NCBI GenBank assembly: GCA_964234715.1
Contig: OZ174275.1
Length of the DNA: 64,000 bases
Direction: 5' to 3' (one strand)
Origin: Podarcis melisellensis
Taxonomy: Eukaryota
Shown: positions 52,601 to 64,000 of the stretch, one piece after another
Layout: every line of letters begins with the position of its first letter
Position numbering within the stretch: the first letter of the stretch is position 1
Notes under the pieces: generated by a model
Told to the model about the DNA's origin: nothing
The model's database searches: none
Seen by the model: only the letters and a program-made list of their open reading frames with translations
Program-made: the position numbers and the translations under genes

Positions 52601-55600
52601 AAAAAAGCCCATCCCTAGATACATCAAAACCATTGTGGGGTGGGGGGAGAAATACATTAAAAACCTACCCACTTCTAAAAGGTCACAGATAGTTAAAGGC
52701 CAAAGGCCTGGATATGAAGGAAAGTTTTTGCCTGGCACATAAAGATATATAATGATGGCACCAGGTGAACCACTCTGTGGAGAGCATTCCACAAATGAGG
52801 AGCCACCAAAGAAAAGGCTCATCTTCATGATGCTACCCTCTGGACCTCTTGTGGAGGGGCGACATGAAGCAGCACTTTAGATGATGACTGCAGGGTCCAG
52901 GTTAGTTCATATGGGAAGAGATGGTCCTTGAGGTGTTGCGGTCCTGAGATGTTTGAGGCTTTATATGTCAAAATTGGGCCCAGAAACTAATTGGCAACCA
53001 GTACAGTCAGGCCAAGATTGGTGTTACATGCTCAAACTGTCCTGCCTTGTTGAGCAACCTGGCCACTGAATCCCGCAACAGCTGAAGTTTCCGAAATGTC
53101 TCAGAGACAGTCCCATGTGCATTGTAGTAATCTAACCTAGAGGTTGCCAGAGCATAGACAAGAGAAGTTAGGCTATCCCTGTCCAGTTGGGGTCACAGCT
53201 GGGCCACCAGCCAAAGCTGATGGAAAGCACTCCATGCCACTGAGGCCACCTGAGCCTCAAGTGACACCAATGGATCCTGAATTATCCCCAAGTTGTGTAC
53301 CTGCTCCTTCAGAAGGGAGTGTATCCCCAACAAGAGGATTAGCCTTGTCACAGCACTAACCTCACCATCCCTCTCTTTGCCTGCAGTCCAATTTGCCCTA
53401 CTACACATGGCAGGAGGTGCAGGCACGGATTGTCCAAATCCAGAAGGAACACCAGATCTGCATCCATAAGAAGGAGCTGACAGAACTGGACATCTACCAC
53501 CGCATCCTGCGTTTCAAGAACTACATGGTGGCCATGGTGAACAAGTCGCTATTGCCTATGCGCTTCCACCTTCCCCTACTGGGCGATACAATCTTCTATA
53601 CGCGTGGCCTCAAGTACAACTTTGAGCTCATCTTCTTCTGGGGCCCTGGCTCACTCTTTGAGAATGAGTGGAGTCTCAAGGCCGAGTACAAGCGAGGCAG
53701 CAACCGCCTGGAGCTGGCTGAAAAGCTGGGCACCCGCATTCTCTGGATTGGCATTGCTAATTTTCTGCTCTGTCCGCTCATCCTCATCTGGCAGATCCTC
53801 TACGCCTTCTTCAGCTACACAGAGATTCTGAAGCGAGAGCCAGGAAGCTTGGGGGCTCGTTGCTGGTCCCTCTACGGCCGCTGCTACCTGCGGCACTTCA
53901 ATGAGCTGGACCACGAGTTGCACTCGCGCCTCAGCAAGGGCTACAAGCCAGCCTCCAAGTACATGAACTGCTTCATTTCACCTCTGTTCACTGTCGTGGC
54001 TAAGAATGTGGCCTTCTTTGCTGGCTCCATCCTCGCTGTCCTCATTGCCCTCACAATTTATGATGAAGACGTGCTTGCTGTGGAGCATGTCCTCACCACA
54101 GTCACCATCCTGGGTGTGGCTGTCACTGTCTGCAGGTGAGTTGAGATTGGCTGCGAACAGAAGGGTTTTTGTTTTTGTTCTCTGAGTCTTGGCATCAACG
54201 GGGTGGTTGCCATTATTATGAGGAGCACCCAATCAGAGAATTGACAGGTGGAAATTAAAAACATTCTGCTGACCAAAAATTGCATTAAGCTGCAAAAGTT
54301 TTTCTGCTGGGTCTCCCACTGAGGAAGTTACTGGGAGATGAATTGCCTGTGCTGCCTTTTCCTTCTGTGGCAATGATAGCTAGGACACTTGAGGAAATTG
54401 ATTAAGCTTAACAACCCACGTCTTTCATCTCTGCAAAACTGGTTGCTTCCCTGGTTTAGTGATCTCAGTGATGGTGGTGCCTTGGAGTTGTTTAAACTGT
54501 GACATCTGCAATGAGAAGGGCCCCTGGGATGGTCGAGGCAAAGCCTGGTTTTTCTAGAATAGTGCAACCTTAGACTTACCTTTCAGTTTTTGCCTGGATC
54601 AAGCAAGGACAGAGCTTCTATCTGTCCATGAAGAATGTGACAGGCACTGCTTGAAGGTAATACTCTGGGGGGAGTCACAAACTAGGGTAAGTGGACAGAA
54701 AAGGAGAAAAAGGAGTTGGAAACATCAGCTCAGCTTGATATCTGAGAGATGAAACAACGGTGGGGGTGGCATAGCAGGTATAGCTGCTGGTTAAACAGAG
54801 TTAGCTGTGCTGAATATTGATGTGCAGTAAAAATCAACCTGATACTTCCTATGTTGTAATTGATAGTTGATCAGCTTCTGACATTTTAGATTGATGTAAC
54901 CTGCCACTGACTTAATGTTGAATAGGAGTCTAAGAAATCCAGAATCTAGGAATTTGGCTGATCACTGAGTCTGTGAGGAATTGTTGCAAGCTTGCTTTAG
55001 AGGCAAACAGGCATCACACATTTTATTACCCTTTTATCAAAGGCAGACTGAGCAGTTCTGTACTGCAAATAAGGATATAAATAAGTACAGAAATGTGTGA
55101 AATTATCATCTACCTCCACAGTGAACCAGTTTGTTAAAGCTGAACCTGCTATATCTGACCCATAAATAGTTTATCTCACTACACTCCTCTGTGTTCATCT
55201 TTCCATGAAGAGGGAACATGGGGCTGGGGACCCCTAGAACATAAGGTGCCTGTCTGCTTGCTTTTATGAAGGAATGTAGCTCTCCTTGACACCTGTCCCA
55301 TCTGTCTTGCAGATCCTTCATCCCAGACCAGCACCTGGTCTTCTGCCCAGAGCAGTTGCTTCGGGTGATTCTGGCGCACATCCACTACATGCCTGACCAC
55401 TGGCAGGGCAACGCCCACCGCTATGAAACCCGAGATGAATTCTCCCAACTCTTCCAGTACAAGGCGGTGAGGTGGGGCAGGGTAGGGTGGGAGGAAATCA
55501 TATAATAGCTGCCCTTTGCATAAACCCTGACTAGATCCAAGCATGTATTGTCCGTAGAGTTCCCCCCAAAATGGGGGAGGTTTTCTGACCCCAGGGCATG

Positions 55601-57340
55601 TGGGAGGAAAGAATCCCTGGTATTTTCCCCAGTTATTCTCCCCAGTGCCTGCAATCATGTCTTGAGGCTGTGCTGTGGTTTCACAAGTGATACACACCCG
55701 TGCGGTTGTTGAACTTAATGCCTTTGTCTCCTTTACTTAAGGTGTTCATCCTGGAAGAGCTGCTCAGCCCCATTGTGACTCCCTTGATCCTCATCTTCTG
55801 TCTGAGGCCCAAAGCTCTGGAGATAATTGATTTCTTCCGCAACTTCACTGTGGAGGTGGTGGGCGTGGGAGATACCTGCTCCTTTGCCCAGATGGATGTG
55901 CGATGGCATGGACACCCTGCGGTAGGTCCCAGTGAGGGGCAGCATCATGGACCCGGCATGCCTTGCCTCGTCTTGGGTCACAGACACCCTGCAGTGCCCC
56001 TGTCCTGCCCCAGTATGCAGCTGTGGTGCTGCTCGCAGGTCAGGTCTGCAGTGCCCTTGTGTCTGCTGGCTGCTCCTAGTCCCATTGAGGCAGCTGCATG
56101 GTATGCACAAAACACCCTGTCCCTCTCTTGTTTTGCAGTGGATGTCAGCCGGGAAGACGGAGGCTTCTGTTTACCAACAAGCCGAGGATGGGAAGACGGA
56201 GCTGTCCCTCATGCACTTTGCTATCACCAACCCACACTGGCAACCTCCTCGGGAGAGCACGGCTTTCATCGGCTTGCTTAAGGAACGTGTGCACCGCGAC
56301 AGCAGCCTGGCTCTGGCCCAGCAGGCTGTCCTGCCTGACAATGCCCTCTTCACCTCCATTCAGTCCTTGCAGTCAGAATCAGAGGTACTGGGAACTAGTG
56401 TGTGGTAGAACAGGACATAATCCTGGTTTATTGTAGGGAGAGATTTGGAGTGAACTGTTTCTTTTTTGTGCGATGGGGATAATGTTTCTATGTGGGCTTC
56501 TGGGCTCAGTGTGGAGTCATTTGAGTGCCATGGTAGTATGGCTGCCACTGTCTCATTGTGACCTAATTAGACTACCTTTCTCTTGCAAGCATGCTATTTC
56601 TGTCTCCTGTTATCTCTTCAGCAAAAGTTAGTCATACTCCCCTAAAAGCTAGCCCCTTCAGAGTCTCCACGTTACCCATCCTCTCTCCCTACTCCTTTAT
56701 TTCCCAGTTCCTTTCCCTAGGACATCTTATTGCTTTTCTTTCTGTATATTTTTATTGTGAAAGTTTTAAGCTTACGGAAGTCTCAAAGGTTGCAAAATGG
56801 AATTGTGGCGAATCAATGAGATTCCTATTGATATTAATTGATATTGGAATCAATATTATTCAATATGATGTACAAATAACACTCAAATGTAAATGAAGTC
56901 AGACATAAATAAGCAACATCCCTCCCATCCACCCCCAGAAAGTCCTTGGTGTCTTGTGGTTACATTGTTTCAATTTCACTTATCCAACTGCAATCAAAAA
57001 CCTAAGGTCCTTTTGTGTTTAGGATCTCTTAATGTGATTAACAATCCTCTTACTGAATCGCTTGTCTTTCCTATAAGAAAGGCCCCCAACACCTGTAGCT
57101 TCTTCCCTTCCAAGTGTCACTATTTAGAAAGCATTTGAACTGCTGGGGGCTGGAGATGGGTGGGCTAATTTCCAAAATTTGGAGAGAATTCAGGATCCCC
57201 ATTGCAAAGGCAAAGGTGAAGTTATTTATTTTTATTAAAATAAAACCACCCTTCATCCAAGAATCACAGGGTGGTTTGCAAAGTTCAGTTGTGGTGGTGA
57301 AGCGTTGAATGTAGATAGATGGGGCAGGCTTTGGATCTTC

Positions 57341-57398
<58 letters not shown>

Positions 57399-60300
57399 TA
57401 TTACTTTCCCAACAATTTAAACACTACAAAAGAAAAAAAAAGTTAAACAATACAGTACAATACAAAAACAAAAACACTACTTAACACTAACGCTAAGCCA
57501 TTAAACTAACAAAACAAAACAAAAACGATTTAAGACACATCAAACAATTTCAATATCTTATCTTTCATTCACTTGTTTCAACGACCTCACACCTCCCTTT
57601 TTTATATTCCACTTCAGTTAATTGTTTCAGCAATTCCTTTCCATCTTCCTCTGTTTTCTGTCCTGTAATTATCTTAACATATTCTAACCTTATTTTTCCC
57701 CTTTAATACACTAATAATCTATTTGTAATTAGTTCCTTATAACATTTCTACTAAAGCCATATAACTTCATTCCAACATTTTTCTAACATTCATTAATTTT
57801 ACAGTATTCTGATCTTCCTGCTCTGGGTCACACCTCCCTCCTCTGTTCTCTCCCTGCAGCCACACAGCCTGATTGCCAATGTGATTGCAGGCTCCTCAGT
57901 CCTGGGCTACCAGGCAGTCCGTGATGGGCAGGCCTCGCGGCATCTCTCAGCTGTGTCTGAGGTGGCATCTGCTCTGCGTTCTTTCTCTCCTCTTCAGTCA
58001 ACGCAGGCGGCCCACAGGAGTACCCACACAGAAGGTTCCCAACATCGGGGTCCTGGCACAATGGCAGGGTCAGGGTAAGAAGCTGCATGTTGTAAGGGGC
58101 TAAAGGAAAAAGCCAAGAATTGAGCACCTCACCAGCACTTTACCCAGAATGCTCTGAGGACTATTTCATGAGGCTTTTCCCAGCACAGGTATACATTACT
58201 GTGTGTTAGAGCAGGAGGCAGCCTTCTAGATGTGCCTTTGAAGCAGCAGCAAGAGCTTTTTATGCCTTTTATTACCTCCTTCCTATTGGACTCCCAGTTC
58301 CCATCAGTTCCAACTAGCATGGCCAGTGGCAAAGACTGGTCACAAGCTCCCCACCCTTGGCTTGGGGTTTCCTTGTGTTTGGAGCTGAGGTTATGAGGGA
58401 TAGCGGAAAGCTATCCAGTTCTGCAAGGCTTCCCAAAAGATTGAGGTGTTCTAAACACACACTTTGCAATCCTTTTAGTTATCAGGCTACAGCTGTGGTA
58501 TGGTTGATGTCACCCTTTCTAGGCTCAGACTCGGAGGGGGGAAAGCTGCTGCAATCATACTATTGGGGTGTGGAGTGGCAAGAAGGTGCCTTCTGGACTC
58601 CAAAGTACTCTTTCTAACACATCTTGACTTGACTCTTCTCTCCCTTCTGGCTTGCAGGGTTGATGCCAGGACAGCTAGTTCTGGCAGTAGTGCCTGGGAG
58701 GGCCAGCTTCAGAGCCTGATCCTTTCAGAATATGCCTCTACTGAGATGAGTCTGCATGCACTCTACATGCATGAGGTGAGCTGAGCATCAAGAATCATGC
58801 AGGCCTTTGCAATGGGCCCTGAATGTTATGTGTAGACCTGCATCTTGAGACATGTGTACCTGAATGAGCACAGCAAAGGAGGATTGAATAAGCCTCTGTA
58901 CTGTGATATAGTTCCTAACCTAAGAGATAGGCCCTTCATTATACAGAAATCAGGCTGGGAGCAAAGGCCCCCTTCAGTGGGCCATGATTTATGACAATTT
59001 GTGCATAACTGAACATGAGTGGAGAGTCTATAGGCTTGCAGGATGTGAGCGAGACTTGCATGGATGCAGGTGATGACTTTCATTGACCTGTGTAGAAGCA
59101 TGTGAAATTAAGGCTGTAAATGTGTTATTTATGTGGAGGCCTGTGATACTTGGATTGTATCAAGTCCCAAACTGGGCTTGCTTGGGACACACGTCAATAT
59201 CACCATAGTGTTCTAGTTGGCTGCCCATTAATACCCCCTGCCATTCCCAGTTACACAAGCAGCATGCCCAGTTGGAGCCTGAGCGGCACTTGTGGCACCG
59301 GCGAGAGAGTGATGAGAGTGGTGAAAGCGCCCAGGAGGAGCCCGATGCTCATCAGGGCACCCCAAGCAGTGCCATTCCCCGCTCAGCCAGCTATCCTTTC
59401 GCCTCGCCTCGCCAGGCTGGTGATGAGACAGTTGCTCTGCAAGCCGGCTTCCAGCGTCGATATGGAGGTGTCTCAGGTATGTTTCAGGAACGCCAAACTC
59501 ACAGTGCTTCCATATTCCTTAGCCAGAAAAGGCTTTATTTCCTGCCAAACCCTGCACATACACATGCTGGCAGTTCTTGTTAACTACAGGGCAACGAGAA
59601 AAAAAGATTAGATATCAGTCTGACATGCTGCTTGGCAGTTTTGGTGAACCCTTTTGATGACATGGCCAGTGCATCATATGTAAGAGGCAAGCCTTTGCCT
59701 GTGCTGCCTACACTCTCAAGCCTTCACTCCTTGCTGATCAGCAGTGCTACAAGAGTGGCATTATGAGTTTGGGAAGTTCAAAAATCCATTTTGCTTTCAT
59801 TGCTGCCGTTTCAGAAGGCACCATTTTCTCTGTGATTTGGGCTCTCATTTTCTTTAGTTTTGATTTCCAGAAGGCTCCATTTTCTTTGGTTGTGAATTTC
59901 CAGAAGGGTAACCATGTCAGTCCATGAAAGCATGTGGCACCTTAAAGACTAATTTATGACATATTCATACCTCATCAGATGGAGTAGACTATGGTTCATA
60001 ATAAATTTATTAGTCTTTAATGTGCCACAAGACTCTTCGTTGTTCTGGTCACAAAGCTATCAATATACTTATTTCTTTCAACAAGGGGCATGGCCAAAGC
60101 TGGCAGGGTAGGGTGTTGCTTAATGGACTTGTTTAGAGGAGCAGGTGGGAGCAAAAAGACCAAGAGTACTTGCAAGATATTATATTTCCACTTACGCCAC
60201 TGCTTCCCAGCTACTGTATCTGTGTTGGGTGGCTGGTAATGGGGAACAGAGCAGACTGGAGGCCCCAACAGATTTTGCAGCAAAATTTAACTTTGGCTGC

Positions 60301-61408
60301 CCCATCCGGTGGTTATCTTTTCCTCTTTGTTTTCCCACAGACCCTGGCATGGTGCACAGAGCCCCATCACACTTCGCTCGGCTGCCACTTGGGGGGTGGG
60401 CTGAAGATGGCCAGACTGCTCGGCACCCAGAGCCTGTGCCAGAGGAGAGCTTGGAAGATGAGTTGCCACCTCAGATACACAAGGTACAGCCTGATGGATA
60501 CTTGGGCATTGGCAATGGCTGTGTCACGAAACCAGAGGAATCTGCAGTTTCTTAATGCAGCTATATGTATTACTGCACTATCACCACCAGGAGCTACCTG
60601 GCCAAAGACTAGTTAGTACAAAAATAATTTGATTTTGTGTTTGGGAAGGCTTTACTGATATGAACTAGTTGGGCTTTCAGGAACTCATACACAAAGCAGA
60701 CCAAATAAATCAGGCAAGGCTATCCTGTAAACTGCCCCATGTTCCTTGCTTGAAGGGAGAAATTAAAATTTATAAATTAAAGAAAGAAAGCCATGTCTGG
60801 GTAGACTCCCCCCCCCTAAAAGTGTCATCTCAGGGTAAGAGGGAAGAGAGTAATATGAGAAGTTGAGAGAGTAAGCCAAGCTTCCTCAACCTCAGCCCTC
60901 CAGATATTTTTGGCCTACAACTCCCATGATCCCTAGCTAGCAGGACCAGTGGTCAGGGACAATGGGAATTGTAGTCTCAAAACATCTGGAGGGCTGAGGT
61001 TGAGGAAGCCTGGAGGGACAGAGAGCAATGGCAGGCATTCTGTGAAAGATCTCTAGCTTCAGTGTGCTAGCCACACACAAAATAAGGCTGGGGGCATTTT
61101 CTGCCTTGGAAAGGGGAATTTCAGTATATGCAGCATTTCTTCCCCTCCATCAGCTGTAGCTGTCAAAATGTTCTCTTCCATATGGGTTTTAGAGGTGGAA
61201 GCTCCTTATTCTGCATTGCATGTAGTCAGCTGATATTGCTAAATGGCCTACAACGAGCTTAAAAATAAATACTGAAAGTTTCAGGAGGTGGGATTTTTGT
61301 TTGGCACAAAATCTGGAGTATTCAGAGCTTTGCTTTGACCCAGTCTTTCTCCTCACTGTCCCCCTTCCCAAATAACTTCCTTTGCCTTCCCAATCCCTTC
61401 AGGTGTAG
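49636..61408 (+). CDS. ATG9A: Autophagy-related protein 9A (lipid scramblase); join(49636..49738,50218..50261,50707..50771,51092..51253,51785..51926,53387..54135,55313..55466,55742..55921,56139..56384,57860..58074,58658..58775,59251..59476,60341..60483,61403..61408)
   Basis: MAHFDTEYQRLEASY..., PWHHIENLDLFFSRVYNLHQKNGF, ELTELDIYHRILRFKNYMVAMVNKS, RHFNELDHEL, GKTELSLMHF, RSASYPF, C-terminus ELPPQIHKV*. Fourteen coding exons with consistent phases total 2553 nt = 850 aa plus stop. Confidence 0.96.
50262..50706 (+). other. U12-type (minor spliceosome) AT-AC intron in ATG9A
   Basis: 5' site ATATCCTT, branch-like TCTTTGAC (A at 50693), 3' site CAC. Splicing here restores FFSR|VYNLHQK. Confidence 0.92.
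52610..53330 (-). mobile_element. Degenerate L2 LINE fragment
   Basis: Minus-strand peptides KEQVHNLGIIQDPLVSLEAQVASVAWSAFHQL and RLDYYNA are typical of the L2 ORF2 C-terminal region. Confidence 0.65.
57343..57810 (-). mobile_element. 3' fragment of an L1-type LINE with (TA)n tail, antisense in an ATG9A intron
   Basis: 9-bp TSD GATCTTCCT (57334-57342 and 57811-57819). The minus strand starts with ORF2-end-like EYCKINEC* (compare KYCNLVEG* at 38441), then an AT-rich 3'UTR, AATAAA and (TA)n. Confidence 0.7.
57344..57392. repeat. (TA)~24 microsatellite
   Basis: Direct reading. Confidence 0.95.
59925..60045. mobile_element. Possible Penelope-like element remnant with inverted termini
   Basis: TGTGGCACCTTAAAGACTAA ... 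TTAGTCTTTAATGTGCCACA form an inverted pair. The family assignment rests on pattern recall only. Confidence 0.4.
60877..61012. mobile_element. Palindromic MITE with long terminal inverted repeats
   Basis: CAAGCTTCCTCAACCTCAGCCCTCCAGAT... / ...ATCTGGAGGGCTGAGGTTGAGGAAGCCTG are near-perfect reverse complements. Confidence 0.8.
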
Positions 61409-64000
61409 CTGTGAAGGCTGAAGATCCTGTGTGGGCTCCACATCGTGGGCCTGCCTCAGCTGGTGGGACATTGGGCTACCCAGCCCTACAAAGTATGGGT
61501 TGGCTCAAGTCTCCATGTCCTGGACGTCAGTGCCAGAGTGAGGAAGGTGTGAAGACAGCAGTGCCTTCATCGTGGGTGGAACTCTATCCAGACATGCCTC
61601 ATGCCAGTGGCACGCTAGCTGGGCATGGGCTGGATGTGTGTGTGATTACATATATTTGTCCGTGTCTGCATCCGTGTCGTCCATGTTGGAGAACCATCCG
61701 AGACTTGCACAGTACACCACGGAGCGCACTACAGTGCAGGAGACTGGCATCCATGCTTGCCCTGCCTGAAATAGGAGAACCTGCTGTGTGGACCCCTGTT
61801 CAGAGGCAGGAAGAGCTGTAACACTGTCCAGACAACAGCGTGTAATTAAAGATGCAATCAGGCGATAGATTTGGACTCAGGAAAAGAAGGGCTGCAAGAG
61901 ATTATTTTTGTAATGGGAATGGGGCACAGGCTTCCTCCAGTGGCAGAGCCTAACTTGGATAGAAGCTTTTCACACACAAGAAGGGTGCGTATCTTCCTCC
62001 CTGCTTTACCATTCACTCACAAACTTTGAAGCCAAGCCAAAAGAGGCACTCTTGCAGTGCCATCACCACTCATGCCGCAGGATTTTGTCTTCCTGTGGGC
62101 ACAAATGATTCTACTGTTTGGGGCCACGTTTATTTCGCATCCCTCTTGCAGTATCAAAGCACAGGCTTCGCAGGGTATTGCTTCACAGCCCGTACCAGGT
62201 TTTGCTTGAGGCAATATCCGAAATGACCAAAGTCTCCTTCAAACTTACCAAATGGCACCCAGCTCCAGACCGATGGCTCCATTCTGAGGATGCCCTTTGC
62301 TCTTACCTTGTTCATCCTGCTAGAATCAAGTATGAGGCTCTGCCCCAGGTGCTGTACTTGTGGGTATGAGGGATGGGTGGAGGAAGGCGACACTTGTCTG
62401 CCCCCGCCCCCATTGTTCTATTTAAATATTTCCCAAATTCCCCATACACTTCCTGTGGGCACAGATGTTTGGGTTCTTCTCCAAGCTAGTGCTGCCCTCC
62501 TTGTGATGTCTCTTTTCTATGGATGCCTTAATGGCAAACATCCAGATCTTGTGGAAGTGCCAGCAAGAGAAGAGTTCCTATATGCCAAATATATTACCTG
62601 TCACAATCTTAAGAACTGGGGTGGGCTTCAGGTTCTTGTTGAAAGGGCTGAACCTCTCGCCTGGCAAGACAAGGCGTTCTCTTGAACAGTCTACAGAAGT
62701 TCTGCTGGTTCTACTGGTTCCCCCACTTTATTACTAAAGAACACCATGCCATCAGCTCCACTGTCGTCCTCTAATTCTTATGGGCTATGTGGTCTTAGCA
62801 CAACAGCAAAATACTTTTATGGTTTGCATAGCAAACATCACAAAGAATACTTTCCGGACTGCCCAGTGAAAACATTGCATCCAAAGAGGGTGTGGTACAA
62901 TCCAGCCAATCATTGCTTAGGGTAATGTTAGCGCTCTTATCAGAGCTACAGGTCCCAATATGTCTTGGTTAACCCTGTGGTTTTGACTCCTTTGTCTTCT
63001 CTGTGGGGCCATTTTTTATTTTATTTTTTACACTGGCTGCTGCAACCTCCAGTAGCTGTTTGTCAAAGCTCCTGTTGTACATAGGAAAAGCAGCTTGCCA
63101 TTACTGTCACAGATAAAATATGCATCCTTCCTCTCTGTGGGCACAGGCCGGGTTGCATGAAGATCCCTATATGGCCTTGGAACTGACATTGTAGGTCTTG
63201 GGAGCCAGGACTCTTGGGATTTCTTTTCTTCTTTGCCCTCTTTCAGAATTGAAGAGATTATTTGCACTCAGCAATGAATTGATTGCAGCTGGTAGTTCAC
63301 CTGCTCTAGAAAGGAAATTATGCCCAAAAAGTATACTGTACTTCCCCACTCCCTAACCTAGTTTAACAAAAGGGTGGTCATTGGTGTTGTGGGGTACATG
63401 CTAAAAGGGAAGTTGGTGAGCAGCAGCTTCAAGCTGTCAGTAGTTTAGATGTATGGCTGGTGCTGGGATTTCCCCCCGTTCTTCAGATTACTGGTGCATT
63501 TTAAGGAATTCAAAACAACTGATGGTAAAATATTAATCTGCTGTCTTTCCTGCAAAATACACATCCCCTGGAGTGTAGAAAGAATAGCTTCATAGATTGC
63601 AACTTTGATCAGTGCTGGTTATGTACTGTTGGGATGGGGAACCTGTAGTTTGTGAAACTTTACTATATTACAACTCGTATCATCCCTGACCATGGAGCAT
63701 GGTGGCTGGAGCTGATGGAATTTGGAGTCCAACAGCATTTGGAAAACTATAGGGCCACAGTCCCTGCACTACAGCGATCAGCTGTAGAGCAGCCCCATTG
63801 GCAGAGATGAGCCTGCTGCATCCTAGTGGAAATGTTACTGTACCCCTGATCTAGCAGTGAAGAAAGGGAGCGTTCTCAGCTAAAACATGGGGTGGGTGGG
63901 AATTCTAGCTGTCATGTATTATGCTTGTCTTGATTTTGCCCCCATCTTTTTGTGCATGGTACAACCACCTGTGGCCTCCTGTTTCGTTTGTGACACTAGA

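Noticed and set aside
55283-55290. U12-like branch sequence TCCTTGAC upstream of the ATG9A acceptor at 55312
   Set aside because: The matching donor (54136, GTGAGT) is plain U2-type with no RTATCCT, so this is likely chance.
56745-57240. AT-rich block resembling another antisense retroelement fragment
   Set aside because: I could not establish a TSD or a recognisable peptide, so it is left unannotated.
61411-64000. ORFs of 130+ aa in the ATG9A 3' region, or a start of the next gene
   Set aside because: They have no homology cues or splice context. The region is consistent with a long 3'UTR or intergenic DNA, and no clear AATAAA for ATG9A was identified.

Overview
Vertebrate genomic DNA, probably from a squamate reptile. 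Two Sauria SINE copies point to a lacertid-type lizard, which is an inference. The window holds the conserved compact cluster TUBA4A(+) / STK16(-) / GLB1L(+) / ANKZF1(-) / ATG9A(+), the gene order known from human 2q35. I traced all five coding sequences by hand through their splice sites. Each gives an uninterrupted frame: TUBA4A 448 aa (ATG-only exon 1 not found in the window), STK16 305 aa, GLB1L ~630 aa, ANKZF1 ~692 aa, ATG9A ~850 aa. There are two CpG-island bidirectional promoters (STK16/GLB1L and ANKZF1/ATG9A) and two convergent 3' junctions. Introns carry Sauria SINEs, 5'-truncated L1-type LINEs with target-site duplications (TSDs), CR1/L2 remnants, Tc1/mariner and hAT MITEs, and probable solo LTRs. 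I found no convincing new protein-coding system. The most interesting signals concern RNA processing: (1) a U12 AT-AC intron in ATG9A; (2) a GC-donor ANKZF1 intron containing a young L1 with a palindromic, two-way poly(A) signal; (3) face-to-face GLB1L/ANKZF1 poly(A) signals 33 nt apart; (4) a uORF-dense ATG9A leader. Coordinates were counted by eye and no database search was run.
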